Below, piece by piece: positions 1 to 14,178 of a DNA stretch of 64,000 bases (position 1 is its first letter; the number at the start of each line of letters is the position of its first letter). This DNA is from Azolla caroliniana (lineage: Eukaryota > Plantae > Polypodiophyta): positions 15,004,001 to 15,068,000 of the forward strand of contig JBHGNT010000014.1 of the NCBI GenBank assembly GCA_043228905.1. Direction: 5' to 3'. The position numbers and the translations under genes were made by a program. The notes under the pieces were generated by a model. The model had not been told where the DNA came from. It did not search any database and was given only the letters and a program-made list of their open reading frames with translations.

Positions 1-485
1 TTGACTTTGTGGGCTGATTTTTCTACAAGTTTGGAGGGGTGCTGAGGCAATACAAATCATTTCATCAATATATCTAAATTTCTATTAGGCATATACTTGA
101 CTTCATAGAACTGAAAACTGAATTGATTTTTTATTAGAACTACAGAGGTCAATTTTCATAGTGCATGACAATCCAGATCAAGCGATGATTAAAAACAGCA
201 CTTCCCATCTTGACATGTGCATAACTTGGATGTGACTACTGCTAATGTTATTAATTTCTACATGACTGAAGATTATGGGGTTGACATCTACATTTTAGTT
301 CTAAATCGTAGTGTTCCTGTTTGTGCACATCAAAGAGCTGAGAAAGAAAGAAATATTAACATCTCTAAAAGAACATAATGGCCTATAATACCTAACAAAA
401 CAATTAACTTGTCAAAGTGGGTTTGTCCTGTTGATGGCATGTTATATATATTATGGACATGTGAGAATCATCAATATCATTGCAG

Positions 486-3400
486 ATAATAATGGATGGT
501 ATATCTTCTGGAAGCGAAGTAGGCGGAGCTGGTGGAGCCTCCTCTTATTCTGCTTTAAAGAGACTTGATGAGCAATGGCTAAAGTTGCGCAATAAAATAT
601 CAGGTATCAGTTGCATTTTGATGTCGAACATGTGAACTGTCATTGCATATTGAATAGATGGTTTGCTTATCCCGATCCCAAATGTATTGGGTGTAAATTC
701 ATCTGAAGTGACTCTTGTACATATATGAATGACCTGATAAACATATTAGAACTTTGAACCTTTGTTCTATGATAGTCTTGTTGTTTTTCTGAGCATATAA
801 TTAGCATTACATGTACGTTACTGAAGTTGTGTGGGAGGCCTTTATCATCCACTAACTGGGCGGGTGGAGATTTTGTGATGACAAATGAAATTCTGAGGCT
901 CTTGTATTGAGTAAATTTGTGTTTTTCAATGTTAGGTAATGTATTTCTTTTTCTTTTGCTCGCGTTCTGTATCACCTCGTTTTCTAGTTGTGCATGAGCT
1001 GCAGATTAGTACAAGTTAAAGGTCACAAACAAATCTCCTCTATCTTTATGAGTGAAATATGTGAAGACATTTTGTATTCATCCAGATATAGAATTTTCAT
1101 GATGTCTGTTCATCACAGCTGTATTGACTAATTTTTTTTTGTAGCATCATTTTCATTGTCTTATGTATATCACATGAGGGATACTGTGACCAATTAATGT
1201 ACGCAATAATACGTTAAAGTGGAATATTGGGAGTTTATCCTATATTAGAATAGTTGAAATTTATGTATTAGGGATGGAGCTTGCTTGTAAACATGGGGCT
1301 TGGTTTTAATTTAATGGTTCAAATAAAAATGTAATACATAAGATTGGCGATCAAAGATATTTGTCATGCATTTTATGAACGTTGTTGTTTTTCATATGGG
1401 ATACCCTTTTTGCAGGATCTGGTCCACCTCCAGAAGTTGTTTCTAGGGATTTGGGACCATGTTTGAACAAAATCTCTAAAACAGAACTATTTGATATTAT
1501 TGTTTGTGGAGGTACATTAGGCATATTTATTGCTGCGACCCTGGCTCGTAGAGGTCTTAGGGTTGCTATTATTGAGAGAGGAAGATTGCAGGGGGTATGT
1601 TATAGCTCATAATACACATATATCATTCCAATGAAAAATTAGATATTTCTGTACTTACATCCATTCCTTTCTTCAGCGTGCCCAAGACTGGAACATATCA
1701 CGGAAAGAACTCAATGAGCTTGTTGATATGGGAATTTTGTCATCAGATAGCATTGAAGACATCATTTCCGTAGAGTTTAATCCTGTAAGCACAGTATAGG
1801 TTTACAATAGTATTATTCATGTATGGTTCTGTGTTCAGATTATTTATAAATTGTTCTTCTCTATTTTCAGAATAGATGTGGATTCAAAGGTTTTGATGAC
1901 ATTTGGGTAGAGGACATTTTAAATCTTGGTGTCTCGTAAGAGCCGGGCTTCACTTCTTTATTTCTAATTTGGCTTTGATTTTTTCATAGAGCAGACTTCT
2001 CATACAATATATCACTAATCTGAAAAATCAGTAAGAGTCTTGTTGAGCCTCTTTCTAAGATTTTTTCATGAAACCAAACAATAAGAAGATTAAGTTTTCT
2101 CAGCAATTAACATCTGGAGAAATCCTGAAAAATCTCCATCCAGCTTAGTAAACATGACCAAAGCAAGAGTGCAATGGGATTAAAAAAATTCCTCTTCACT
2201 TTTTTGTACATTCATGTCCAGAATCTAAATTGATTTGGTTAATTAGTGATTCATGCTTCATTAAGGTATCTGGTAGCCTCTTCGATGTTGTTCTGAACTA
2301 TGAAAGAGTTTCTTTATGGTGCTTATAAGTTGATGCATCCTTGTCATGGAACTTTTATGATTAAGATCATTTAACAATAAGTACGTTTATCCATGTTGGG
2401 AATAAGTTGACAATTGGCAGCTCATGTTGTTTGCAGTCCATTAAAGTTGATTGAGCATGTTAAAGAAGTGTTCTTAAAGATGGGAGGCTTGATTTTGGAA
2501 GGTTCAGGCCTGTCAAAAGTCAACATTTATGATGATGCTGCGGTAGTTACCTATGCTGCTATCTTTTAAGGCTTGTCAATGAAGTTTTGGATGAATTCTA
2601 AAAGAAAAGAAGATATAATCGAAATATTAATTCTATCAGAGGGAATAGTACTAAAATATTCGAAACACTGAAAATATCCAAGATTTTTAACTGGATAAGG
2701 ACTACTCAAGAGAGGTCATATATAATTTAGTCACCTAGGATCTGATGTCATATCTTTTCTGGTCCATAGGCCGGAGAAGGACTAAGAAAGATTGAGATAA
2801 GTATGTGTTTTTCTGTAATCATTTGGTACGTGAGTAGGCTGATATCAATTCTTATGCACGTGTTTGTCTGTAATCATGCCAGTTTCAAACTGATCCTGAC
2901 TTCCAAGCATGGAATGGTATCTTAGAAATTTTGATCTATCAGCTCAAGGGCTAGAAGTTAAAAGACAAATTCTATCTGAAATACATGCATACAAGAAGTG
3001 TGTAGTCTTAATCTGTTCTCATGTATTACTGCTATTACAGTTCAAGATTTATGTTCTAACATCATTTTTTACTTCATTAAACTTGAATACAGTATCTGTC
3101 CCATTCTTTATCTTTTTTTCTCTCGCCAAATACCATCTAATCTTTAGATTCCTTTACATATCTTTGAGGCTCAAATTATAAACTCAGATTTGGCAAAGCA
3201 GTCAGAGACAACGTCAGAAATTGTGAGGTTACTGAATATAGATATGATCTATATGCTATTAAATCCATAACTTTTTTTTTATCCAAATTGTAGATAGTAA
3301 CACTTGAGAATGGTCAACAATTATATTCCCGGCTTGTTATTGATGCAATGGGAAACTTCTCCCCCATTATTCAACAGGTAATTACATATTCTCTAATGTG

Positions 3401-6400
3401 TCAACTTGGATGAAACTTCAACCTGTAATGGGCTTTTCTCTCGCTAGATCCGTAGTGGAGAACATCCTGACGGCATTTGTCTTGTTGTGGGAACCTGTGC
3501 TCGAGGTTTCAATAAAAATTTCACAAGTGATGTCATTTATTCAAATCTTCCGGTAATACCAGTGGGTCAGTCTGTCTTACAGTGCTTTTGGGAGGTAAAC
3601 AATTTCTGCTAATTTTGTTTTGTAATTCATTTTTCTATTTTATTTTATTTACGACTCTCCAAATATTTTTTTTTGTAAGACGTAATGTTTGGATGTGATT
3701 CATTTTGAACAGGCATTTCCTGCGGGGTCAGGGTCGAGAGATAGAACTTGCTATCTTTTCTCATATATGGATGTAAAACCTGATTCCCCATCCTTGGAGC
3801 AATTGTTTGAGATTTTCTGGGACCGGATGCCTGAATATCAGGTCAAAATGTTAGTCTTTTATAACATTTTGAAAACGGTTAGATTCATGCAAATTTGTAA
3901 AGATTTTGGCATGAGCCTGCTGTTATTTGCATGTGCCTGTGATACTGCTATTTTTTATCCCAAGTGTTCTATTGTTGCACATGTGCAAAACTCCAGCATT
4001 CGAAGTGAATTTCTTGATTTAAGTTTAAAATGTCATATTAAACCGTTCATGGTTGTTCATCCCACCATCCCATTACCAGATTCAAATTGGCTGGTTTCCC
4101 GGATTGTACATAGGAATCCTCTATCCTTTTAGCCATGTGAGCCAAAATAGCGACCAGTCTCATTACTAAATTTGTTTCTTCTCTCTAGACAGAAGTTACA
4201 ATCTATCAGACTTGAGAGTCTTGCATGTATAGATAACAAGTTCTTTAGTCACTTCTTGTTTACTTTTTATGTAGTTACTTGAGAGTTTTGGTTTGATGTC
4301 TGAAAAAGATGAGACAGCATTTTAAGATGTAAGCTCTTATTTGGTCTTATAGGTCATTTTGGCCTCTTAAAAGACATTAATATGTATTTCTTTCTGATTT
4401 TTCTGTCTGAATGAAATTGCAACTAACTGGAAAGAACCATCGCTGCATGATGCTGAATTCTATCCCCTACCACATTGATACTGAATTACTTGAGTACAAT
4501 GATTTCCTTGCATTTTGACACAGCACACATTCTTTTGACAGGACAATAACTACCATAAAATCAGGTGTATTTTCTAAAAATGTGCATATGTATAACGTAG
4601 GTATCAGAAGAATTTTAGACACATTTCGTGGGAAGTTGATGAATTTGTTTCAGCCTTTGCCACACAATGTCATGCTTCTTTCTATTTGACATGGTCAATT
4701 TACCTAAACATATTCTGCAGAATGTCAATTTGGATGAGTTGGAAATCTTACGGGTCTTATTCGGTATCTTTCCAACATATCGTGCAAGGTACCAGCTCTG
4801 CTTAGTCAAGATACTGTGTTGTATTAATTGTTCATTCTTGTTAGAATTTTGGGATTCTGTGTTCACCTTTTCTACAACAATTTTATAAATAAAGTGAAAA
4901 AAAAAATGTCACTGAATAGTTCTGATGCTGCAGTCCTTTACCTGCAGCATATGATCGTGTATTGCAGGTAATACTATCCATCTTATGTAATTCTCCATTT
5001 GGATCAAGGGCTATTTCAGACTCCTTATCCTCTTTTGCAGGTTGGCGATGCTAGTGGAATTCAATCCCCAGTTTCTTTTGGTGGATTTGGAAGCATGACA
5101 CGCCATCTGGGAAGGTTAACTCATGGTAATTTTGTTTCTTTCTTCTTACTTGCAATAACAGAATCTACTGCTACTTTGTTACATAAATATTTGTGTTTCT
5201 TTTCTTCTAAATCAAAAACCAACCGAACATATGACATTCATGAGAGTGCTTTAGGAGAAATCAAGTACTGAAAGATTTTATAGACAACTGCAAGTACATT
5301 ATTCACTATCAACAACGCAATCCAAATACAAGATTCATCATTTTCTGTTTTTGGTTTCCATCTATAGGACATTTTCTGTACACTGAACTTTTCTAACTAT
5401 GTAACATGAATACAATTCCTGGTTTAATGAAAAAAACCCTGGAAAGGTTTCCTCTAGCAAGCAGACTGTCAATAAAGGATTTGTTTAAGTTAATATTTAT
5501 ACCAGGTGATTTGAGACTGGAACCATTCCTTGAAAACAGTATAGATCCAATTGTTGATTTCTTTGAGCTCATCAAGCAGGGATCTCAGAATCACTTGATG
5601 AAGATCTTCTGGATAAAGAGAGTCTGGCTCTCCTGAACCCGTACATGGTATGGATGCTGAATATTAATATATTTAACTTCACTACTTTTCTCATATTAAA
5701 ACAAATGTTTTTGCAGCCAAATCTTAGTGCATCTTGGCTTTTTCAAAAGGCAATGTCAGCCCAAAATAGCTTGATTCAAAACCCTGATTTCATTAATACA
5801 CTCCTTGCAACCAATTTTCAGTCCATGCAGGTATGTGTATTAAGTGTAATTCATGGTACAAAGTGATTAAGCTTCTAACATAAGGTTCAACAAATGCGTA
5901 TGTGAACGCAAAAGAGCGTGCGCGCGCGCACACACACCCCCCCCCCTGAAGCTTGTAAGAACAAAAATATTTTTTGGTTGCATCGCTTCATATGAAGCTT
6001 GCGTTCTTTTCCATTTTTTCTCTATTTCTTAGCTGATACATTATCACTCTCTGGAAAGAACTGAGAAGCTTCCTGATGCAGGGATATGGAGACGCTGTTT
6101 TGAGACCTTTCTTACAAGTAAGTGTAAATGGTAGTACCTAATGTTTTGTATCAGACCATCTTCGTGGAGTGACAGCAAATTACAAACAAATTCCATGTTT
6201 TGGCCTCAATCAGGATGTTATACAATTTGGGCCTTTGACAAAGACATTGGGATCAGTTATTCTTAGAAGACCTGATATTTTGCCATCCATTTTTAAGCAG
6301 GTACGTATGCATAAGAGGGAGGGAAGCAATTTGTTTTTCATTATTATACGTTGATAATAATGCATATAGGTAACCAGGTTAGTGTTCGTGGTCCTAATGC

Positions 6401-7017
6401 TTTTCGTAACTTCTGTAAGTACATGAGGGATGAATGTATTATGTAAAGTGCCTTATGTCTAAACTCAAAAATGACACTTTCTTTATGAGGTGTACACATC
6501 TATTACATTTTCGAAAAAGGTACTTATGGGACAAATATGAGGGGAAACTATACATATTAACATGAATATGGAATCATATGCTGTGAAGTATGGAATCGAT
6601 TTTTTGCATGTTAAAAGGGACATTGATAATACATGATGGTGTTTATGCTTCATATTTGCCATTTTTTTGTACATTAAAAATATGAAGATATGGTAACTAT
6701 GTTTTATAATTCATTTCTGTAATAGGTTGGGTTGAAATCAATATTGGAGTGGGCATTACACTTTGTGATGCTTGGGGTGTACACATTTCTCTTCATTGGT
6801 GTATCCCCCTTGTTATTGTAAGTGAACTGTGTCCGTCATTTGATTGTTGATTTGAAAATTTAATATGCATGGAATGATTTTGAATTAAAAAACAATGGGG
6901 CCTTTCGAGGGAAATTTCAGACCTTGGATTTCAAATCTTCCAAGGAAAGAGAGATACATATGGCGACGTCGACTGGATTCTTGGAAATATGGTTCTGGAT
7001 TGGACTACAAAATGTAA
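486..7017 (+). CDS. cruP: CruP/CruA-family FAD-dependent lycopene-cyclase-like protein (At2g32640-like), multi-exon, 5' end probably outside the window
   Basis: Spliced GT-AG exons, approximately 486-603, 1416-1594, 1677-1784, 1871-1935, 2437-2542, 3294-3377, 3449-3594, 3713-3841, 4721-4788, 4934-4967, 5041-5125, 5580-5647, 5717-5830, 6082-6117, 6214-6300, 6726-6817, 6921-7017. They translate to GGAGGASSYSALKRLD, FDIIVCGGTLGIF (Rossmann), QDWNISRKEL, IDAMGNFSPI, PDGICLVVGTCA, VGDASGIQSPVSFGGFG, PNLSASWLFQKAM, PFLQDVIQF and WKYGSGLDY*, all typical of CruP. Confidence 0.9.
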
Positions 7018-9497
7018 GCATTAAGAGCAAAAGGTTTAGAATACATGGGGAACTAAGGATACCATGATTGGCACGTATGATATTGAGTTGTCGTCATTTT
7101 ATTTGAAGCACTCTCCAAATATAAAAGCATAACTCAATATTTCAAATGCCCTTCCTATGAAAGCACAAATGTATCTATTCTTGATTTTGCTCAACTTGAA
7201 ATAGTAAAAGAACCTTTAAATGTAAATGATTGACCATCTAATTGTTGCTGAAGAAATGGGTTCTCTGCCTAAATTATAATGCTATGCTGGGACCTTCAAT
7301 GTGGTTGGAGGTTGAGAAACACTAAAAGTGTCATATCACAGCTTTCACATGAATGTTAGAAAAAGGGTTGAACAGATTTGGTGGAGTGTTGCAGCTCTGA
7401 GAGTAACTTAGGCCCTTAGTGTTAGAAACTTAAGATATCCTCGCCTTCAGTGTTTGAAACTTAAGATATCCCCATGATCAGCCTGTGAATTACATTCCTT
7501 CATATCTTAACATTCCACATCCGATTTCACATTTGATATTTCATATCCATGTATTATAGCTACCTTTTCATTAGATATTAATGTTAAATGTTGATCTTTT
7601 GTGCTTCTTCCTCATGCTAGCTACCTATTCATTGGAATTACTTCATTCCTAATGCTAGCGACCTTTTCATCCATTAAGCCCAAGTTAGGAGAGGTGAACA
7701 TGAAACTTATTGGTTATGCCCATGAAAGGTCCATTGCTTTATTAGCATACAGAGAAGTGAAATAAAAATGCTAGTTAATTTCATTAAAAAGGCAAGAATG
7801 ACCTTGAGAGGGAATTGCAAATACTTGAATGACATTGCTAACCATAACGATGATTATATTTGGGCAATAACAACATGAAGTATCTCTCACCCTTACTCAA
7901 GAGAAAGCTTACCTCCTGATCTAGCTAGCTACAAAGATAGAAGTGAAGAAGAAAGAGGATGTGAACATCAAAGCAAAGAGAAAGGAACTGGAAGAAGTGA
8001 AGATGGCAAAGAACAATATTACTTTGTGGACTAGGAACTATGGAACCATCTCCACATCTGATGGGTAAACATTTTTGGAGTCAAGGATTGGTATACCTAG
8101 GAATGTGCACTTATTAAACATTTTTGTACACCTAAACACTCCATGGAAAGAAAAGAATAATTGTAGTGCTAAGGAAAGGGACAAAGGAATAGAGAGACTT
8201 GTGGGACAATGTGAAATGACCCAAGGGAATTGTAAAAGCTATAAAAGATACTTACATAATTCTTTTAAGTTTCTTTTTTACATTTATTAAACCTGAGCTG
8301 GATATATCATATTATGCCTCTCTTAATACCTTCATCTTTCATTAGTTATTATTGGCCTAATTGGTGGTTGTAACTCTTGAAGAATATTTCCAATCCCTCA
8401 ATCAAGCACTTTGTTGCTTTAATCGATTACATTTCTTGAGTATAATATTTAAGTGATTAAGTATGTTAGGTTAAGCCTCACCTCTTGAATGTGTGTTTGA
8501 GTGATGTTTAGAATTTTCTTACTCGTTTACTAGCATTTTTTAGTAGTCTTAGGAGTGTATTGACACCGCTACTTGTCTCTCCAACTATATGACTCAAACT
8601 AATAATATGGAAAAGAAACAGACGTTAAGGAAAAGAATGGATTAATGGTGCTTAAACACACTGACCACCCCCCGAGTGATGGGCATGATACACAAAATAC
8701 CATTAGAATACCATGCCACTAAATATTACCTTATGTTATACTTTGGTTGTTGGATAACATATATGAAGAAGAGAGTTTAGCCTCACCAATAGTCTTGAGT
8801 GTGTCTCACGATTCTTTATATTGCACGCATTTTTTTGAACCTTTAGATGGAATGTGGAATATAAGGAGAAACTTCTAAAACTCATTTAAAGCATTTCAAA
8901 TGGGTAGCCAATAGTAGTGTATAAGACTTTTTCCTAGTGGATGTAATAAGTATTAAGTCACTCAACATGAATTGGTGCAAATCAAGAAGAATTACAATGT
9001 AAATATGTTGTGAGTTGTTAACCTCATGGGACAAACTCAAAGCTCATGTTGCTTGGATATCTCAAACACCTTCAACCTAAATTAAATATTTAGGCACCTG
9101 GTTTCCCATAAAGTAATGGATACAAAATTTGGACATATAATTGGAATTTCTTCAATGAATCATTATATTAAAGTCAAAATCATGTAGGATTGTTGTTATA
9201 CTCTAATATGTTTGTAATTGAGGTATTAGCTATTCAAAAGACTATTAAATATCTTTCTCCCAATATGTCAATGATGCACCGACCTAAATGTGAAATGTAT
9301 TATATCTACATTGAGAATATAATTGGCCAAACACTCCATTCACATAATTAAATTGAGAGGTTCAAGTAAAATGGAACTAACATTAGTATTTTTCAAGTAC
9401 CATTAAACAAGATTGAAAGGTGAAATACACACATTGTTAATGAGCTAGAGCATAAGGACTACAAATTTATTTGGAGGCCTCCAAACGCTTTAGTTAC

Positions 9498-10175
9498 CTA
9501 AGGTATTTGAACTTGTCCATAAGTGAGATCGTGGTTGCCATTGATTGAGAAGGAATCAAATGGGGAAGATCCTTGTTGTTGCGCCGAGGATGGTTTTTCA
9601 AAATAATGACTATTGAAATTATTTTGATCGACATCAATATTATTCTCATGTATAGGTGTAGTGACAACATCATTAAATGAGTTCATGTTTTGATTGGGAG
9701 AATATGGACCAAAACTTGAACTTTGAAACGAGGTGTCATCCCTTGGTTGAAACGGATTCTTGTATGAAAAGTTTGGCGTAGGCAATGACTTCGAAAATGT
9801 TGGGTAGCCATTACTAGCATCATTTAGTGGAGAGTTACTTTTATCCTTTTGATTGTAATCCACATATTGGGTTGTGAGTTCACTTTGATATTGAGCTTCG
9901 TTGATGGTGCCATCAACTTGTTTTTCAGACATTGTGTCATAATTAAATGGGTTGCTGCCATAATTGTTGGTAGGATTAATGAGCCTATTTTGAGGGGTGT
10001 CAAATGCATTATAAAATGTTGGTGTTGATGGGCTTTGGCTAGTGTAATGCCTTATAGGTTCACTTAATAAAATATGGACAGGCAATTTAATCATTGTCTT
10101 TCTATGGCTTTCAACAATAAGAGGCAAATACAATGCAAGCAAGAAGAACATAATACATACAGAAAACCTAACCAT
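9498..10175 (-). CDS. Intronless orphan protein, 225 aa, N-terminal signal peptide followed by an N/S/Q/P/Y-rich low-complexity body (putative secreted/cell-wall protein)
   Basis: Long ORF in AT-rich DNA. First ATG at 10175 gives MVRFSVCIMFFLLALYLPLIVES (hydrophobic core, possible cleavage after VES). TATAAAA lies 52 nt upstream and AATAAA (9466-9471) just after the stop. Confidence 0.7.
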   Translation of the reverse strand: MVRFSVCIMFFLLALYLPLIVESHRKTMIKLPVHILLSEPIRHYTSQSPSTPTFYNAFDTPQNRLINPTNNYGSNPFNYDTMSEKQVDGTINEAQYQSELTTQYVDYNQKDKSNSPLNDASNGYPTFSKSLPTPNFSYKNPFQPRDDTSFQSSSFGPYSPNQNMNSFNDVVTTPIHENNIDVDQNNFNSHYFEKPSSAQQQGSSPFDSFSINGNHDLTYGQVQIP

Positions 10176-10226
10176 GATAATGCAAAAATGATGAGAAACT
10201 ATCAAGGAAAAGTAAAGCAGAACGTC

Positions 10227-10233
10227 TTTTATA
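10227..10233 (-). promoter_or_regulatory. TATA box of the orphan secreted-protein gene
   Basis: TATAAAA on the minus strand about 50 nt upstream of the ATG at 10175. Confidence 0.5.
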
Positions 10234-11549
10234 CATCAACAAGTTGGCCTTGTGACATTCTTCTATTTCCCAACATCATACGCAAAGTGGTTATGATAAC
10301 TTGCAAGGAAAAGGGGATCTAAATTTGGGAAACCTTGCCAAATTTGTAAGCAAAGGGGATTTACATGATGTAAATGGAAGCATGGAATCAAATACAAACA
10401 TTTCCACTATCATATTTAGATATGTGTGCATTATGATCATGCATACTTTCATAACATGGTTTCTAGGAAGGTCCCTAGCATCACAATATGTACTCCCCCA
10501 AGAAATACATTTATATGGATGTGTGCTCGAATCCCTCTAATGTTTTTTTTTGTACTTTGACTATAGTCCACTATTCGACAAATCATATGAAGCTTAAATA
10601 AATGAGGTTGCAATTTATTACTATGCATTCGCCACATAGATTCATGTTTCATTATGTCATCTTTTATCCTAGATTTTTTGTTACTCTAATCCAAAATAAT
10701 GGTGGTGACTAGCTTTCAACGTAATGTGAGCAACTTCGTAAGACTGCCTTTATTATTTGTTAAATATCTATTTTTAATATCGAAGATGTATCTAAATTCT
10801 AAATATCTTAAAAAGGGGAATTGGAGCAATAATGAAAAGCATTGGGAAGGTAATATTTATTCCATAACTTGGTAGTCATCCACTAGTGCACAAGAGTCTA
10901 AACAAGTTTCTTGTGTCTATTTGATGATGGAGATCACTTCGGATTGCGTCGTTTGCTCCATTGCTATGGATTAGTAGCATTCAGATATGCACTAGAATTT
11001 CAACTAGTATGCTTACATAAGTCCAAAATTACATATATGTGCTTGGTCGAAGTATAGTGTCTATTTAAACCTTAATGTGTATATATATGTGAGATTACAA
11101 AGCTTAATTTACGGCAATTAAGGACTAAGTTTCACTAATTACAATGGAGAACAATCAATTCCCTTCTAATTAGTATTTAAGCATGTAGTAAAGTAAGTTA
11201 ACTACTCATTGAATTGAATAGATTTTACAATTTCTTTATCGTTGATATTCATACATATTTGATTGCGTAAACAACTTGCAAGGATAATATGAGCTTTTGA
11301 TATCGAGGGCATCTCTCTAACACATACCAATTATAAGCATATAGTTTGGAAACATTTTGTAGCAATATAATCATTGAAACTTTTGGAAACTACAAAGAAA
11401 CGTAGCACTTTTGTTGAAGTGATCAGTCCTTCGCAAAGTAGCCATATTGAATGGGTCTTCGAGAGAAACGTAAAACAAAGCGTAATTTAATCGTGGTTTT
11501 TGTGCTCCTATACAAGATGATGCAAGTCACAACTTTAAGTCTACCTTTA

Positions 11550-12020
11550 TTTAAAGTTCACATGGAATAATGACATTCCAACTTTATAGAACCATATTCC
11601 CTGCATGGAATAAGAAAAATTAAAGAACGCGTGTTTCAAAAAGAAACCAAAGTCTTGATTAAAGCATGCTACAAACATGACAAAACTATAGTCGAGTAAA
11701 CTAGGCAAAAAAAAGGTTGATGGTAAGAAATGAGCATTAAGTCAACCACAACCTAAACATATACGATTGGAGACAAGATATGTTGTTTCTTGGTATTATA
11801 TTGAGATAACAACTCAACGAAATGTTTACTTGTGCCCCATTCTCGCATATAGTATAATGGAATATGTCATGGAACATGAAGAATATTAGACGCGTCTAGA
11901 GAATTTTGGTATACTTGGAATGAAGATTAACATTTGGACCTTCTGTGACTACTAAACTCCTTTGATAACCACAAAGTTCAACAAACCAAACAAGGTTGGA
12001 AGGTTCTAGAATGTGCACTA
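11550..12020 (-). mobile_element. Highly degraded Copia-like integrase remnant
   Basis: Faint minus-strand similarities to integrase-region motifs (KEF~GGEF, ENGA~QNG.AER, NVII~RNVIFDE). No open frame. Confidence 0.25.
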
Positions 12021-12569
12021 TAACAGTAAAAAGAAGGCAAAAATAAAATTGAACTCGAAAACAAGATTCGAGTTGTGCAACAATGGTAGGACAGTAGAAT
12101 AGATTAGGGGAACTACAAATTCTATACCATGACCTTAGGATGCAAGAGGAAGGTCATAGATGTATGTACCACGGAGATTAATTAGGAGCTAATTCTCATT
12201 ATGAACCTTCAGAGTCTTATGAACCACACGAGGTTCTAATTTGGAAGTCCAAACTATGGAAGGGAGTGAAGTTCGAAGCAAACATATGTCCTTGTCTTTG
12301 AATGTTTGAAGTCTTGACACAGACACACATATACAATGGAGAGTGCCACGCTTGAGAGCAAAGCAAGCATTCATTAGTCCACAGTTGCAAGTGTGAACAT
12401 GACATTTTTCGCTTTGTCTAGTTCTTGCCACTTTGTGTGAGGATAAAAAGTAAGAATTGGACATAGGGGCGAATGGAGGAATTTGATTTGGCTCTTTTAA
12501 GTGGATGAATTCATTATATGGTGGATGATCGATATGCCTTCTTTGATGAAGCTAAATGTTGGGGAGTCG

Positions 12570-13100
12570 GAATTGGTAACGATTCGGTTTCGGCCTAACT
12601 GGTAGCCAAATCGATTAAGCCTTAACGGGTTTGGGAGTTTTCAAACTTGAACCGAATTGGCTCCTAAACTGGTTAAGCCTTAACCGATTGAGTCCAAAAC
12701 GGTTTGGTTCGGCTTGAGCCACCCCAAACCAAGCTCAAACCGATTAAGGACGCGCAAGCCTGAATTGAGCCAAGCTGAACCGTCAATTCGCCAAACCATC
12801 CCGGTTTGGCCTAGTCCAAACCAACCAAACCGGTTAAGCCTTAACTGGTTTGGGAGTTTTCAAACTTGAAAATTTGGTTTATCCAAATTGATTAAGCCAC
12901 CCGCCGAGCCCAAGTGAGCCCACCCAAACCAAGCTCAAACCAGTTAAGGAGGCGCAAGCCTGAGCCGGTTTGGTTCGGCTTGAGCTCACCCAAAAACCAA
13001 GCTCAAACCGGTTAAGGAGGCGCAAGCATGAGCCGAACCGCCAATCTGCCAAACCGTTTAATAATGGTTTAATGGCTCGGTTTAGGCTTGAGCCGATACG
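12570..13100. repeat. AACCG/CGGTT-rich non-autonomous DNA element (MITE/Helitron-like) with internal direct repeats
   Basis: ttaagccttaac.ggtttgggagttttcaaacttgaa at ~12614 and ~12834. ccaaaccaagctcaaacc..ttaagga.gcgcaagc.tga three times (~12725, ~12925, ~12995). A related aaaccg-rich block lies at ~23875-24235. Confidence 0.55.
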
Positions 13101-13956
13101 GTGCTGAATCCTTTTACGAGTGGGCTCCAGAGTCCAGACCTTTTGGTATTGAAGGCAGGTGGGTGTGTCACTGTGTGTGTGTGTGTACCTAAAAAGGGAG
13201 ACAAATGTATGTATATGCATACAGGAATTGAATTGTGATGATTAAAAGGCAAATGATATGATTTCTGAATGATTGATTGGTTTGCTCCTCCTCCCATGGA
13301 TATGGTGCTGATCCTGCTCTGCTGCTTCTGCTGAGTGATTCTCAGATTTTTCATCAATTTGAAGGAGAAAGACATGGAAGAAGGAGAAGAGAAGAGTCCC
13401 AAAGCTTCTTTTTTCTTCTCATACAATCCGTAGGGCTTGCTTCTTCTTCTGAAAAAAACAGAGCTGAGAAACAGAGCAGAGCTATCGAAACAGAGGGGCA
13501 TCAGAAGCGAATACAAAAACAAAAAGCAGAGAGGTAAGAGAGAACACTGGAGAATAGATTGCCCAAGAAAGAGAAAGTAACACACACACACACACACACA
13601 CAGACACAAAAGACAAAAGAGAAATCAAAGGAAATCAGAGGAGGTAAAGAAGAGGGTTTATCCATAATAGAACCAAAAAAACAGAGCATGAGAATCGGAG
13701 GATCTAATCGCCATAGGGACACCGCAAAAAGACAAAGAGAAAGCAGAGAAAAACAGAGGAGATAAAAGAAGAGGGTTTATCCATGGTATATCAAAGCAAC
13801 ACCCCAGAACCAGATCAGAGAAGAGAAACAGAGGGTTTAATCTTCACACCGGAAACCGAACAAAGGAATCAAAGAAAAACAGAGGAAGCAGAGGAGAGAA
13901 GAAGAGGTTTGATCCATGAGAATAAAAAATCAACAGAAGGTTTCTTTCAAGAAACC

Positions 13957-14136
13957 ATGGCTTTTTCCTTTCCAAGGCGCAAAACGTCCTCCTCTGGGAG
14001 ACCTAAGCTCCAACGCACATATGCATTAAAGATCACTGATTTTGAACTATTTTCACCATCATCATCATCATCCTCCTCCTCATCATCATCATCATCATCA
14101 TCATCGTCATCGGCATCGTCATCGTCATCATCATCA

Positions 14137-14178
<42 letters not shown>

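Noticed and set aside
7680-9130. Purine-rich stretch that looks like decayed coding sequence or TE
   Set aside because: No diagnostic motif or open frame could be identified by eye.
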